NCBI GenBank assembly: GCA_000934665.2
Contig: JYFJ02000811.1
Coordinates: forward strand, 1-64,000
Direction of reading: 5' to 3'
Source: Catajapyx aquilonaris
Lineage: Eukaryota
DNA: 64,000 nucleotides
Positions 40,201-54,500 of the stretch are shown piece by piece. A program made the position numbers and the translations under genes. Under the pieces are notes generated by a model. The model did no database searches. It saw only the letters and a program-made list of their open reading frames with translations, and was not told the origin of the DNA. Each line of letters begins with the position of its first letter. Position 1 is the stretch's first letter.

Positions 40201-42849
40201 GACATAACAACAACTATATAAGAGGAGACCCAATATGACACAAAATTTATTGACTATATGGATACGCACTTGCAGGTTCGCATCCTGTACGAGTTTCGTG
40301 CCTTTACGCTGCAATAATCGCGCACTCTTCTCATACTATCGTGAGATGGCACATTTCTTGGATGACGGCCACAATTCAGCCAAATATGAGAACACCATGC
40401 GAACTGTGTCTCAATATTTTTTTGGAGGGTGTCCTAAACTCTCTGCATCGATGAATTCTCTGTATGGCCTGGCGTGCATTTTAACGCCTCGCTTAACCGC
40501 CAATATAAGGGTATCAGTTTTCGGGGAGCGCTGAGACGCCACAAGCTGGCGACCACATTTCTCCAGAAATCCCGGAATGGAACTTTCCTAATGTGGCGTA
40601 ACCGCGGGACAGAGGGGGTCGTATAATCCTTCCGAAAAACCGGACATTTCTTTTTTCGGGAGGGTGCGAGGTGCGTAAAAAGAAAAAGAAAAGTTACATG
40701 GTCTCCGTCTTTGTCGGCTCCGCTGTTTAGGACCTCAAGTGTCAGATTATGGGGTCTCGAACTGCGGCTTTGCAGCTGGAAAGATGACGATTTCGGTTTC
40801 CAAACTTTTTTTTTGCATGCAGCTGGACCGTTCTGAAAAGTGTACAGGGTGATGTTTAGAACCTATATCCACTGGCAGTTGCAGTTTTGACTCACCCTGT
40901 GTAGCAAGAATCATTTGACACGTTGGACCCCTATGACCTCCTCTGGAGCGCTGCTTCTGTCCGTCTGAAACGTTGCTTTGTGCTGCAAAAGAAAACGGGG
41001 CCGCATTGCTGCAAAGGGTGCAGAGCTCTGAGTTTTAGATGGGGTTGGTGGGGGGTGGGAGGAGAGGAAGAGAGGGAAGGGTCCGCTCCCCTCTTCTCAA
41101 CAAATCATCCTGATTTATTTTCTATTTGCATGTTCCAAGTTGCGGCAGCACTAAGACTCGCGGGCGGAGCCTGCAACCCGAGTAAATCCCTGGTGATGAA
41201 CAGTTTGGAAGGGCATGGGGAGAAATATGGGTCTCCTCCACGGTAGCCTAGGAGAGAGAAGGAGGTGCCTTCACTTGGCAAACATTTCCACTCCCTTCCC
41301 ATTTTCGGTTCCTCAGAAATAACCATAGGGGAGAACAGTGCAGACACTACCAGGAAATTAGAGGTCACTTATAATGCCAATATTCACCTATCTACACTTT
41401 TTAAATTCGAGGGTATTGAATCCGCCAACAATGAGGCCTCAGAAGGCGTTATTGTGGCTTTGCGTTTATTAGCTACCAATAGGAGTGGCATTTTGTATGC
41501 CGGATAACATCGTGGAGAAAAGAGACTAACGACAGCACCACCTTGGGTGTTATGGAGTTGTCGCAGCAGCATGTTTGAGTAGTTATATACACGGCCGGCA
41601 CACTGACATAAGCGATAACAATCTGTAGGCGTAAACAATCGGTCTCGCAGCTGCTTTGAAGGGTGTTTCACTTTCATTCTTGTCATTGCGAACAGCACGA
41701 CCTGACTGGGGCTTGGTACCGTGCGGACTGAAATATGCTGCCTGCGTATATCACATTCTGAAGGGCTTCATATCCAAAAACCTATCTCATTTGAATTTCT
41801 AATATAGTTCTTAGTTCGTAGTGTTCATGAATAAGCTGAGAGCCAGCCATAAATCAGTGTTATCGCCTTATCCCCAGTCAAAACCTGAAGATTTACCCTT
41901 GTCATTGAGCCTCGATAAGAAGTGGCGCCCGAGTATTTGCATTGCACAGATGGGGAATTATTGTACACACTCGGAGTCAATTTCCACTTTAAACAAGAGG
42001 CAAAATCCTTCCACTTATTATCCCTGAGTGGAAATTCCTCCCACCTGTTTCCACTTCGCCAATACTTCATTTTGGTCAAAAACGGGTGTATTAATTAACT
42101 CAAATATGCGTGAATCATTTTTTGTTTATTTTTTTTAAATGCCGTACTTTAATTTTCCGGATCAAATGAAGAACAAAATATCTATAAATCTAACATTTGT
42201 AATAGTGTCCTACATATAGGACGCTAGGCATCTCTGGGTTAATTAATTAATTAACTTAATATCCTATTTTTCCCTTTCTGATAGTTTTGAGTAGAAATTG
42301 CTCTGGGTCCTCGTTTGAAAAAAAAAAAAATGACAAGAAACTTTGTGAGTGTGGTGCCTCGTGCATGAAATGTGGATAAACTTGCTTCTGGTCCAAGAAT
42401 TCGCGGCATTCTCCCGAGAATTCTCTTCTTCCACGCCGTTATGCAGATCCGGTGTATTCTTTTTTGGCTCCAAGCAGCATGGGCCATCATCACTCGACGC
42501 TGCATAACATATGGAAAGTGGAGAGAATGCAAGTGGGCGAGACACCACCAAACCCCCAAAGAAACAAAAAAAGAAGAAGAAGAGAAGGATAGAGCTCACC
42601 ATAGCTGTCCGCATAAGTTCTGCCCCGTGTTGTTTATCGCCGTTTGAGTAGAGCTGACCAATCCCTGGTGTTTTCATCCGGTACAAGACGGTTTCATTAC
42701 ATTCGCCACCCCGACCGGTGATAAACGCTGCAGGTGGGCGGCGATAACCCCAGACTCTGGACGTAACTTAAGAAGACAAGACGTGTGAAAGGCGGAGGAC
42801 TCTTTTTACCCATGCAGCCTTTGCCACGTGCTCAACTCTTGAATGACTT

Positions 42850-42994
42850 GTAACCTTGTTATGTCTAAATATACGCATAGGTAACATTGTTACGTCTAAA
42901 CACACGTATACGTAACATTGTTACGTCTAAACACACGTATACGTAACATTGTTACGTCTAAACACACGTATACGTAACATTGTTACGTCTAAAC
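42850..42994. repeat. Minisatellite, 31-bp unit, about 4.7 copies
   Basis: Unit GTAACATTGTTACGTCTAAACACACGTATAC is exact at 42881, 42912 and 42943, degenerate at 42850 and partial at 42974. Confidence 0.95.
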
Positions 42995-44898
42995 TTTTGT
43001 AAACAACACACTGAAATTTTTTGAACAAAATCCAAATTTTTGAACAAAATGTTTTCCCACACGATTTTAATATGCATCCGGCACCATCGCGCAGTGTAGG
43101 TGTTAAAAAGGTCTGGTATCACTTGTGGTAGAAAATTCCGCACCTATCCATCATCCCGTCCGTCTGGTCTGATGGGATTAGTACACTCGGGCTCAATTGT
43201 GATTACACTTGTGACGTGCCGCGTATATATCCTGGCCAAAGTAGCCTACAGGTCCATCAACATTTTGTTCACGTCTCCCACCTGTCAACGCCACTGTAAA
43301 AAATATGTGTTTGAAAAAAAAAAAAATCTGCCCCCGCCTCCCCAGCACAGATTTGAATAGACAGACGGTTACAGAAAGATGTGACGTCTTAATTTTAGTG
43401 AATAGTGGCGCCTGGCTTACTTGAATAGCGGACTCCTTCAATCTGGACTTCATTAAGGGCGGGCGTCCACCAGGCGGAGTTATGCCCTTCTTTTCCTATC
43501 CAGTCCCTTCTTCTTCGCCTGAAAAACCCGAAACCCATGCAGTCACCCATGACGTCATCAATCACAGCCCCCTTTGCACGTCAGAAGAATGCCAAGAGTC
43601 GGAGGAAAAAGAGCTGTATAGGGAAGGAGGACTTTGCTCTCAAGTAAAAGAAGCTGCTGAGGATCTGTTTCCAGGTCGTTAGGCCTCGACGCCACTCTTG
43701 TACTGTACGTAACCATTACTGCTGGCATTTACGGCTCAGCAAGTCACCTGTGCACTGAAAATATTAATGCCTCTAGAAGAATTATTTCATACTTGCTCCA
43801 ATGATGAGATACTTTCTGGGTGACCCTGTTCAGAAGAAATCGTTTGCGAATATCAACAATGCGTGACTGTCGAATAACCGACCTACCGCTGAAAAATAAT
43901 TCATTGATATGATTTTGGGCCTTATCTTCAAATTGCAAACAATGGGCCCGCTGTAATCCTCCCAACAGACTTCTTGTGCTTGTCTGCAGAAGCAAACCTG
44001 TACACAGGGTGGTACACTGCCCATCCGATCATTTCACCTTTGAACCATTGCAACTTTTGTAATAATAAGCACTAAATGACAACAATATTAGTTAAGATAA
44101 CTGATCTGGTCGTTATTTAAATATTTCAAATGACAGAATGTGTGGTAAAGAAATTCCATTGAGGTAATACAACGTGATTGAGGCAATGTATCACCCTGTA
44201 GGTACACTGCGCATCCCATGCAGTCCGATGGCGTTGTAGGTGGGTCGCAGGAGGAAACACGGGCGCCATTGATACAGAATCGATTACCCATAATCTGCGT
44301 ATCATTGTCGGAACGGGCTTAGGGCCATGGGAAGAAGAAGCGGCCGACTTTAATCCGCCTTCTCTCAACGGCAGGTCGTCCTGATCCGGATTCTTATCTG
44401 GCCATTTCTTTTGTCTGTGTTTGGATGCCCTTTTGTTGCTTGCTTTTTTTCGGCGGGGATGACCCAGGGTGGGACACAGCGGGATGGGACACGCGAGAGA
44501 CGCCGTTGCAAAGCGCCCCGAGGACAGATTTACAGACCCGAGGTATTCAATGTGTCCCCGGTCCTTCCTTGGTTGCTGTAATGTCCAGGAGATAAAGTCC
44601 GACGGAGAAGTCCGCCCTTTTTGTCATCCTGGAATATTATTTTCTGTCTGCACGTCCCCTACGTGCTGACGCCTTGCAGTGTAAGATGTCGTGATATCCC
44701 AAATAAATGTCCTTGCCTTGTCAACAGCTTTATTTTTCTCCCCATTGTGCGCGGGGTCTATTATACAGAAATGAAGTCGCAGCGAGGGGGCGTTAGGTAA
44801 ATAATTGCATAGGGGACACCTTGGAAAGTTTATTCCGCACGTTTGAGCAGATAATTGCCTCAAACGAAGCACAATTTTTCATCCCGAACTGGCATGTA

Positions 44899-45004
44899 CA
44901 GTCACTTCCAGGAGTAAGGTAGCAGATCTGAAGCTCAAAATAGCCTCTCATGCTGGAGGCTCTTTTGAGCTTCAGGTCTGCTACCTTACTCCTGGATGTG
45001 ACTG
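44899..45004. repeat. Near-perfect 106-bp palindrome (49-bp arms, 3 mismatches, 8-nt loop); probable collapsed MITE or hairpin RNA
   Basis: Left arm 44899-44947 is CAGTCACTTCCAGGAGTAAGGTAGCAGATCTGAAGCTCAAAATAGCCTC. The reverse complement of 44956-45004 is CAGTCACATCCAGGAGTAAGGTAGCAGACCTGAAGCTCAAAAGAGCCTC. Confidence 0.9.
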
Positions 45005-47786
45005 GAAGGAGAAATGTGTTCATGTTTGATCAGCCGTTCCAACACTTGTTGGTTGCATACCGTGCCAGGATGCGCTGAAATGTACCGTGAAAATGTTTGA
45101 CCTGCTGGGGCCACCCTTGGTGTCTAAGGCCCCCCCAACGGAGGTCTATTGTTAGTCGTCGACAATCAATCAAAGCCCTCAGAGCATCATGGGTGGGGCT
45201 GCTGCCGGTCTCAGAAGAAGAAGAGCGTGTGCTTCTGGCGGGCCAAAGTGCGAGACCATCTTAAACTTTTTGGGAAGAAGTCACGGCACATGTTTGTTTT
45301 CTACATTCGCGCACTTTGATGGATGAGATCTGCTTTTGGACCAAAAGAAAACCTTGGTGCTGTGATGGACCGACTCCAGTGGCATTTGAGCAGGTTTTGG
45401 AAGGAAGGGTCGGGCTGCTGATGGACATGGCATGGTCACAGGGACAAGGACACTTTCTAAGCACCCTACCCAAAATGTCACGGACTGTCTCGGGTTCTGT
45501 TTGGAGAATCTTTATTGGTGGATCCCTCTAAATTAATTTGGCAGTAGCAGAGGGCTCCCCACCAAAAAAAACTGATGGTTTCGTCAGAAGGTAATTATTT
45601 TTGAACGCTGGGCTGGCATTCACGCTCGGCCTACACCTAGCAACCTTGGACTTGACACACGAAGGCAATTCGTCAGAAGGAGACATATTTCCTTATCACC
45701 TAGACGGGGGTAAAAGATGCTGCTCTCCTTCTCAAACAAGGAAACATACACAAAAAAATACGTGGAACATAAAATACATTGCGTGATTGTAACTTCCGCA
45801 GCAGTTGCTTAGCAGAGGCCTCCGACCTTAGAGAAGAGAGGTTTTGTGCTGTTCATCTGCCTTGGTAAAAAGGGCATGATTAATAATAGCAGATGATGAA
45901 GCAGTCTGGGCTGCTGGACAGAGGAGTCCGGAGCGGTTGGGTTCCTTGTGTTTGGCCGACGATGTTTCCTCATCAATCACTCGCCTGGGATGGGCCATAT
46001 CAACGCTACGGACCTGACGCACTTTCTTTTCACATTTTTCAGTCACTTTTTTGCGAAAGGAAGGACCAAACACCATGGATCTTGCACCAAAGTGGATGGC
46101 TCTATAGGGCCTGGATGATGGAAAGTTCTTCGTCACCTGAAGGCTCCACCAATGACTTCGAATCCTGACGTCATGTCGATTTGTGAAATTGATTGCTGCA
46201 CACTTCGATGCTTGCATAGTGTATATAAACAGAGCTGGCCATTCAGGTCGGTCAATGCGCGGAACTATCAGCAAAGGGGACACAATGTGGTTGTTGAAAG
46301 CTGAAGTACCGTCAATGACTTTAAAGGAACGGTTAAACCCATTGGGGCGATATTCGCAGGTATTGACGGTAAGAAAAATGTGTTGTTTACTGCTTTTGTC
46401 ACAACAGGATATGGCAAGCGTACCGGTTTAAATGGCCATGGTCATGTTACACCACAACACGTGTTCAAAACAGGATTGTGCAGATGGGCAAGTGTCTCCG
46501 CACAAATTTTATGAAAATATTATGAAATTGCGATTTTATCGTGGTTCTGTTGCATCCTTGCTGGTATTATAACACATCTTTTTACCATGACAGTTCTTTG
46601 TCGAACTTGCTAATAATAACGAAACATATCGTCTGCTCCGCTTACACAATGGCCCTTATAATAATAATAGCCTACAAGCTTGACAATACAGCATCTCATT
46701 ACCACACTGCCAGAAAGTGGCATGCATCAGTTTCTTTTCCACAGCATCCTGACCCATGACTCCGTAATGCCAGTTTCGCACTAGGAACCTCCGCCTATTG
46801 TGATCCGTTCCACCCCGATTGGAAGTCAACAAGGGGAAGACCGCCAAACGGGCATAATCCCCAATGGTGACATTGTCCTGCTTGTGTCTCCAAGGGAAAA
46901 AAAGGAAGGGCCAAGTCCCCCTCCTTTTTTTCCCCCATCTCTCCGCAAAATCCGTCCCTTTTAATCCCGGTTCTAGAAGATACCCGATCCCTCATTTTAA
47001 CAAGCGACCTTACCATTGATTTTGGGATTGGCCAAACCAACCCATGGCTGCCTACCCTTCCTCCGAACCCTGCCTTTTCTATATACCCTCCCCCTAGTCT
47101 CTCTCTCTTCCCCTTTCGACTGGGATCAAACACGGCCGTAATGCGTGTAAAGTAGCTTCATTAGTCCAGACTCAGACGTTCAGGTAGGCGTAATCCTCCG
47201 GGGAGTGCCTACATGCTAACTCGGTCTTGATTGAACCAATTAGAGCCTGTCGTTTGATCCGCGTGAAATGTGAACGAGGCCTGATGCTGAGGCTTTCCCC
47301 CCCCCCCGACGTTCGTCACTTCCTATTTTTTTATATAGGATTCTCTATCCTTCCCCCCACCCTATGGACCACCTCTTCCTCCCTTAGGGAGAATTATTGG
47401 TAATACGAGTGTGTGTGCTAATGATGGCGGAAACCTTGCTTTGGACTCATAAGTTCGGCTTCGGTTATAATGATGATAGGCGCTCCCAGCCGTGTTTCAT
47501 GTATCGTGCATGTGCGGAGACATCATTAAAACAGGGGGGGGGGGGGGGTTAGGAGCGTGGGGTTTTATTCGAGGGAAGAGTAGCGGAAAAATTCTCGAGT
47601 TTCTTGCCAGTTTGTTATTTGCGATAAGTGCGATGAAGCAGGAGTCTGCGATGTTAGTCTGAACAAACGAGGCTGTGGTTTGTTAAAAAGTGTGATGTTT
47701 ATTGTATGCTAGGGCTCTCAGTAGTGTGAAAGTGTCTTAAGTAGCCAGGACATACCAAATTTCTCAAAAATAAATATACATAGATA

Positions 47787-47984
47787 AGGTGAAGTGGGGT
47801 AAGTGCATACACGGGGCCGCCATATTGGAATGAAAATGGCTGACGACACCAAAACACGTCAGGCACTCTTTTGTGTAGCTGCACATCACATCCCCACAAG
47901 AGGTGAGCACGTCAGCCATTTTCATTCCAATATGGCGGCCAGTTTATGCACTTACCCCGTGTATGCACTTACCCCACTTCACCT
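47787..47984. mobile_element. MITE (198 bp) with long terminal inverted repeats and TA flanks, Tc1/mariner/pogo-type
   Basis: TA|AGGTGAAGTGGGGTAAGTGCATACACGGGG-CCGCCATATTGGAATGAAAATGGCTGACG ... CGTCAGCCATTTTCATTCCAATATGGCGGCC-(extra TATGCACTTA copy)-CCCCGTGTATGCACTTACCCCACTTCACCT|TA. About 59 bp of inverted match; non-coding core. Confidence 0.8.
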
Positions 47985-50900
47985 TATTTCTGATATGTAA
48001 ACAACTATCCAAATTCTGAACCTCCACTGGTTATTTTTTGTAATTATTTTGGAACGGTTACTTTTAGCAGTTATCACTGTCTTAATAATTAATAACATTA
48101 ATGAACCATCTACAACTGACTGTGAGTGTAGTGTACTTGTGCACTTGTAGTTTCAAAATTACCACTTGTGCCCGTCTGTATCAAAGGTGACGGATTGCTC
48201 ACGCGGCAGATAAATGAGATTTCGCTAATTTTATGCATCAGTAAACATGTGAGCTGTAGGCATTGTTGTTTTTAAAAATAATCAGATAATAGAACGCGTG
48301 AGTGATTCATCACCTCCGACGGACCACGCCAATTCCAGCCTCCTACTTTTAATTTGCAAAATGATTGTTTACATGTGACAAGCCGTGATAGTCAGGTCAC
48401 ACCGCTGAACGGTACATAAATCAAGTCTGAGTCTGTTCCAACATAGGTTCAGCAATTTTTTTTTTGCTTACTAAATCACTTTGCATTGTCATAAAAATAT
48501 TTAAAATCCGGAAGTTTTCAAGTGCCTTACAAATTTTTCTGGGCGAGGCGGACCTTATCAGAACACGCCTGAAATTGCTAGTAATGAAAAAAACGCGCAC
48601 AAAATTTACGTCCCCCATCCCGAACACGGCCCAGGTGAAATAAACCTTCCAACCGGCGGACGTCGGCCATGAAAAACACTTTTCCAGCAGTGTCAAATTT
48701 CGATGAAAGTGAAATCTCGGTTCCCCCCAGGGGCCTCCCTCCAAATAAACCATCTCTGTGTAACTCCCCAAAAGCCGCTGGCTCCTTAGCCTAACCCTCC
48801 ATGCATTATCCTGGGTACGTATGTTAATATTTTGGCCCCGAATGTAATAGCACAACATAAATAAAGAGGGCTAGGAGTAGAATTTTTTTTTCCTCTTCTT
48901 CTTCTTCCATCTTCTTGGGGCTGGGGTCTCCTCCATAAAGTTGTGATTTGTAGAAGATGTGGGTGAGGGATTAGCTCAAAACATGACAGTCTAACGTGGC
49001 CCCCTGCAGGCCTCCAAGCGGATTCCTGCTGAGCAACTACGAGAGGGAACTTTTGAGACCAAGGCGCTGCTTGGAATTGGTAATCCGCGCCATCTTTTTC
49101 TCACAAAGAAAGGTCCACAAGTGATTGTCGATTAAGCCTAATGTTTTGTGCACACATCCCCCCGGAGTTTAAATTGCCGGATTAATCAGATCAGACGAGC
49201 GTGTCCCGCGGTTAAATCCATTCCGCTTGGAGTCACAATGGAAAAAGGGGGAACATGTCTCTAGGGTCCATATGGAACATATGCTCCGATCTGATGAGCA
49301 TATCAATTTAAATTAGGATCTTGATATGTATGAACAGGTTAATCCGAGGCCACCCGTCAGATGGCCCCAATGAAGAGATCAGGAGGCGATGACGGGGGTT
49401 TCGCTTCTGGGCTCTAGCCATTCAGCCCCTGCACTGTCACAACTATAAATCACACCGAACAATGCGCACATTATCCATGCGTCTTGGAGAAGGGTGGCAT
49501 TTTCTACCCCCATCTCCCCAAAGGGGGAAAAAAAATTGGCAAGAAAAAAATTCGTCCAGATGAGGCAGTAGACAATGGTTGGATAATTTTGAATGGAAGC
49601 GAGGGACACCCCACCTGTAATTAGGAGGTGTTTGCCGACAATGGTGAGCCCTAATGAATTTGGTGCATCGTCCAGCCCCGACGGCCTTTTGTTCCGAGTG
49701 GTCGTGTCCTAATGGGTTAAAAGGGGGGTGTTTTTGGAGGCAGGTACGGAGCCCACAGGTAAAGAGGGGTCATTTTCCTTCCCCCTACAAGCACGTGATG
49801 ATCACCTTTTGTAAGGGAAAGGGTTCTTGTTATAAGCGAGCGTGAACTCCGCATTCCGACGACGGGCGGCACGAAATGTGAATTATCACTCTTTCACAAT
49901 TCATTCGCTACACCTGACAGCGGGCCTAGGGACTGGCCAAAAAATCTGGTCCTGAGAAATTGGTATGCTAACTTCATCTCGCTGGCCAGAGTGTCGCCAA
50001 ATTGTAACGAGACAGAAAAGAAATTGCGGAACAGCGTGATGGCCATATTAGGCCATGTTCCGTCTTACAGAGACAGCAGGAAGAATAAGATCAAGAGTTG
50101 CGAATTTAATATTACAGCCCAGTTTGATCAAAATAATCTGGGGCGTGTTCCAACTATAGCAAGATCGTAATTGAACAGACGGATTACGACAATTCCGGCC
50201 CCGGTCCAAGACTTGAGCTCCGGAGGTTTATTGGCCCCGAGTTGAGCAGTTGTGATTAAACACAGGGAGCCTCCCTTTGCCAACAGTGATTGAAGTCAAA
50301 GGGCAATCCCCCAGTAAATCCGATTAACCCTAGGACTCATCCCAGGCACAAGACGTTCCGGATTAAAGAACAGGACAAGTGATGTGTCCCGATTGGCAGA
50401 ACCGGATTGCATGGTGTGTCCAGTATCAGCCAAATAGTGACCACGTGGTGAAAGTTTCAGCAAAGCAAGCGATGCGGTTACAAGACCACCCTTAAGAAAA
50501 TCCAGGAACCAAGAAGATAAGACTTGTATGCCATGCTGACAAGACCTCAAAAATTGCTTTATTGTCCGTCTCCACCCTGAGCAACTTTAATTGCCTTCTT
50601 CAAGACGCCGGAATTCCACGGTGGCTTCCTAAGAAAGAAAAAAAAATAGTCCTTTCTAAATTAGACCATAAAGTATGTGATGAAACGCTTCGCACAGGAG
50701 CAATCCGGCGCGGTAAAAATAATAATGGTTGGTTTAATGCACCCGTGGATTTGAATGACTTGGAATGCTGCGAGACCATGGAAATTCTTTTGTCTCAATT
50801 CCTTCCATTCCTAATTCCAGTAAATGAATTTTGTCGCACTGGCTGACGTTTACTACGAACTGGAGGTAGTTGGCGATAACATCTCACCGACTCCTCCCGT

Positions 50901-51497
50901 CTACAAGTGCGATAAGAATCAGCGAGAATTCATTATACCGAGACGGTGTTGCAAGGTTTACATTACCAACTTCCTACTTTTTTGCAAAAAAAATTGTGTA
51001 ATTATGTGTTGTCCACACACTGATCGAATTAAATGTAAATTGTTGAAGGAGCAACAATTGGGTTCCTTCAGGGCGGGTTTTTGGTTTTCACTTAGATGCA
51101 CAGCTATTAATTATGTCCATGGGGGGTAGCATGTGGAGAATAAAAAATATTATGTGGGTGACGTAATTTGCGGTCGACTTTTTGTGTATGTATGACCTCT
51201 TTTGCTAGGTCAGCTCTAGGTGATTTATTGTGACGGTGCCCTCCAAAGCTGGGGGTTTCGTTGGGTTGGGTCTTTAGAAGCAGGGTAGGTGTTTTACACG
51301 CAGTCAACACCCTGCAAATATTTTTCACCTGCTGAGTACAGTCCACCTGCACGTTTCAAAAAAACAGTGCCCTAAATTATTTTCAGATTTTACCTCAACA
51401 ATATTGCCTATTGCAGATACGCTTTTTTTGCTCAGAGAGGCAGTGTTCGTAAGTGAAAATAATTGAGATAACTGTACGTAGGAGGTCCCCAATTTTG

Positions 51498-51562
51498 TGG
51501 GCAGGATTGAACCCTTGACCTCCCTCGACCTAGCTGTAAACGCCATTTAATAGACCGGAGTT
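51498..51562 (-). mobile_element. Possible tRNA-derived SINE head remnant
   Basis: Minus strand reads ...GGAGGTCAAGGGTTCAATCCTG (B-box-like GGTTCAATCC) downstream of a weak A-box-like segment. It does not fold as a tRNA. Confidence 0.2.
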
Positions 51563-54500
51563 ATAGACATTAGAGTGCAGATTCGGCAAATGCGTAAGGA
51601 ATCAATTTGGCGTCGGTATGTGTTGCGAGCGGTGATTAGGAGAGGCGGTAGACACGAGATTAGGCCCCGAAGAAATATATTTTTTATTACCCCCTCCACC
51701 TACCCCACCTACCCAACTCCACACTAGAAATGATGCGGCCCCTCCGATCAAATAAGAGGGCAGAAGAAGGGGTGTTGATGATGGCCTTGTTCTTCGGCGG
51801 GGATGTAAAAAAGGGCGGCTCGAGACCCCCCCTTTCCAAGCTGGGGGATACATGGAGACAATTTTCACTTTTCATGGTGCCGTCCCAGCCAACAATTAAG
51901 TGACGAACAACTTTATACGCTTAAGGAAGACGAAGGATGGAATAAAAAAACTGGAAGGAACGAGTACACCGAAGAGCAAAGACCCTGCCACATGCATGCA
52001 TTTTTGTATAGGCTGGGATCATTCGAAGCTTGTGTTGCTGAATATCACATTTGAGCTATAAACCTGCTATTTAAACTGATATGACGATTTCAAGCATATT
52101 TTCCCCCCAATATTTTGCAGGCATCTGACCAACAGTATGATTTCAGGTCATTATTGGCATCGTTTCCAGTTGCACGTGCGAAATAGGGTTATTTTTGAAC
52201 ACCTTTAAAAAAACGGTTAGTTCTTTTGTGGCTGTTGACACTCCAGAGTGTATCTGGTGGTGCGAACTAAGGGTGTGGATGTGTAAGTGATCCCCCAAAA
52301 CTTGGTTGTAGTCGAGTCTCCCCCGAGCTCTTACTTTCTGGCAGCTCCTCAAAAGCCTCTCTTGACTCGGGTTACAAGAGGACTTTGCATGTGGTTCAGG
52401 CGGCTACTTTGGTGGTCTCATCCTCACCACTTCCCACCAGTAGCGATCCACATAATATGGGCAGGAAACACGGTGTTTATGCGGAAACAACGGGTCAACA
52501 ACTGCTGTCCTAAGCATTAGGAAGAAGAGCTATTTGGGACATGTGTGGGTCGGTTCCAAGTTTCCGTGAACACACAATTCCGCTGGATTCCACCTAATTA
52601 GCTTGTCGGCTAAGTGTGATATGCTGGTGAAGGAGACCGTGAGCAGAACGGGGAAGAGCTTTTCCTTCTTATTGTTGCCGCTGAAATTAGTCCTACAATC
52701 ATTATACCACACGTTCTGTGTGTGCTGACTGGAACTGCCCATCACTTATTGCGACCATCAGGACACCACACCGTGACAATTTCCTGCTTCCCATACGCGT
52801 AATTTTGGGGGAGGACAGTTCTTTCTTATTTTGGCTAAAAAAATATTCAGAATGTTCCCAGCTGGGGCTACTTCCAGTGTTATCTGGGCCTCCCAAGAGG
52901 AACCATTTCAGCGGTGGACCTCAGGAGGAACTCTTCTGCTTCCCCTTCCATTTTCAGAGGTGATTAAGCCCGTGGTATGTGAAACGAGTCTTCAGCCAGA
53001 CCCAATAGGATAAAGCCCCTTCCTTGTTAAGTCCCTTGAAATATTGGCTTAAGACGAAGTCTACCGCGATCTTGGACTTTTCCAAGGGAATCATCTGTTT
53101 TCAAGCACCAGAGGACAGATGGGCTTCAGGAAATGTCTCACTCAGTCACCAAATTTTTTTCTAGACGTCTACTAACTGTCCAGCACCGGCTACTGTGTAT
53201 AATCCCAGTAAGTGATGGCCACAATAATTTTTGGCTCGCAGTCGCCTAATTGCAATATATGACCCCTCACCAATTTTTTCCATCGGTTTTGAACCTGCTT
53301 TGTGCAAAACCAAGGCCGGGGGCCGCCCTATTCTTCCAGCAGACATATGTGACCGGCCATTAAGAATTCAAACTCTCCCCATCATTATTGCCGTTACTGA
53401 TGCAGCTGACACTATTGAGCTCCAAGGTTGCGCTCTTGATGCCTCCAACACTTGTTCGACATGTGCACACGGACCTAACCTGACTTGGACGACTTATCTG
53501 GGTCCGGCTTGCAAATCCAGGCAGGTAGACCAGTTCTTACAGGGTGAGACACAACTGCATAATCATCTATAGTTTGACCCAAAAGGATAAGTTGGGTACT
53601 TTTGAGAGTGTGGTGGTGTTACCCAGACTGAGAGGAAGTCTGGTTCCGGTGCCTGCCCCTCCAATTACCCGTGCAGCCTTCTCCCATAACTATTTCTCCG
53701 ACTGCGAGGACCCCCATTTGCAACCACCGTGACTTCATGCTGCCGAGGGAGGAACCAGCACTGATGCAACCATTAGGGTAATGCGACAACCGTGGCCCCG
53801 AATTCAGCTGTCGTTTAGGACCCATACTCAGAGTGGTTCCATCTGAACACACTGAAACATTACACACTAAAATATGAGTGATTTTCATCGCAATTCCCAT
53901 GAAATATTCCAAACAAAGTTTGCCGATGATTAAAAAAAAATGCAAACTGGTTTCCAAAGTGATCAACTTATTAGCAATTTTTATTAGGCAAGTTGGAATA
54001 TTCTCACACCAATTCTCCCATAGTTTGAAATTTGCGCAAAATGTGCTCCCCCTGATATCATCTGAGCCACGTAGTCTCACATACCCGGGCGCGCATAAGG
54101 GGTCACACATGTTTCACATATGTCACGCCGGGCATTTTGTAAGACAAGTACAATGCCAGCCAACATTACAATAGGAGAGAGACAGAGAGAGTCGGAAAAT
54201 AAAAGAGAATAATTCTGGTCCCATTCACGAAGCTGCGCGTAATTAGCCAAGCGCGGCTCGGCCCAAAAATTTTCCATGACGTTTCCTCTTACCTGTATGC
54301 CTTATTCTGCTGTCTCTTACACACACACAGCAGGGCCTCCCCCTCCATAAAAATCCACAGGATGTATGCTGCCAGGATGATCTAATTAGTGCAATTGCTG
54401 GTGCAATTGTCGTTTTTTGGACATGGTTGGCGGAAGATCCTGGCACTTCTTCCTTCTCGAGACGTCCGCGTGTAATCTTCCCATCTGCATGTTCCCGGTA

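Noticed and set aside
33068..42038. TGAGTGGAAATT found three times (33068, 36778 reversed, 42025)
   Set aside because: On a rough estimate, some 12-mer is expected to occur three times in 64 kb on both strands, and the flanks are unrelated.
42850..42994. 31-bp palindromic repeats superficially like a CRISPR array
   Set aside because: Units are contiguous with no unique spacers, there are no cas genes, and the context is eukaryotic with spliceosomal introns.
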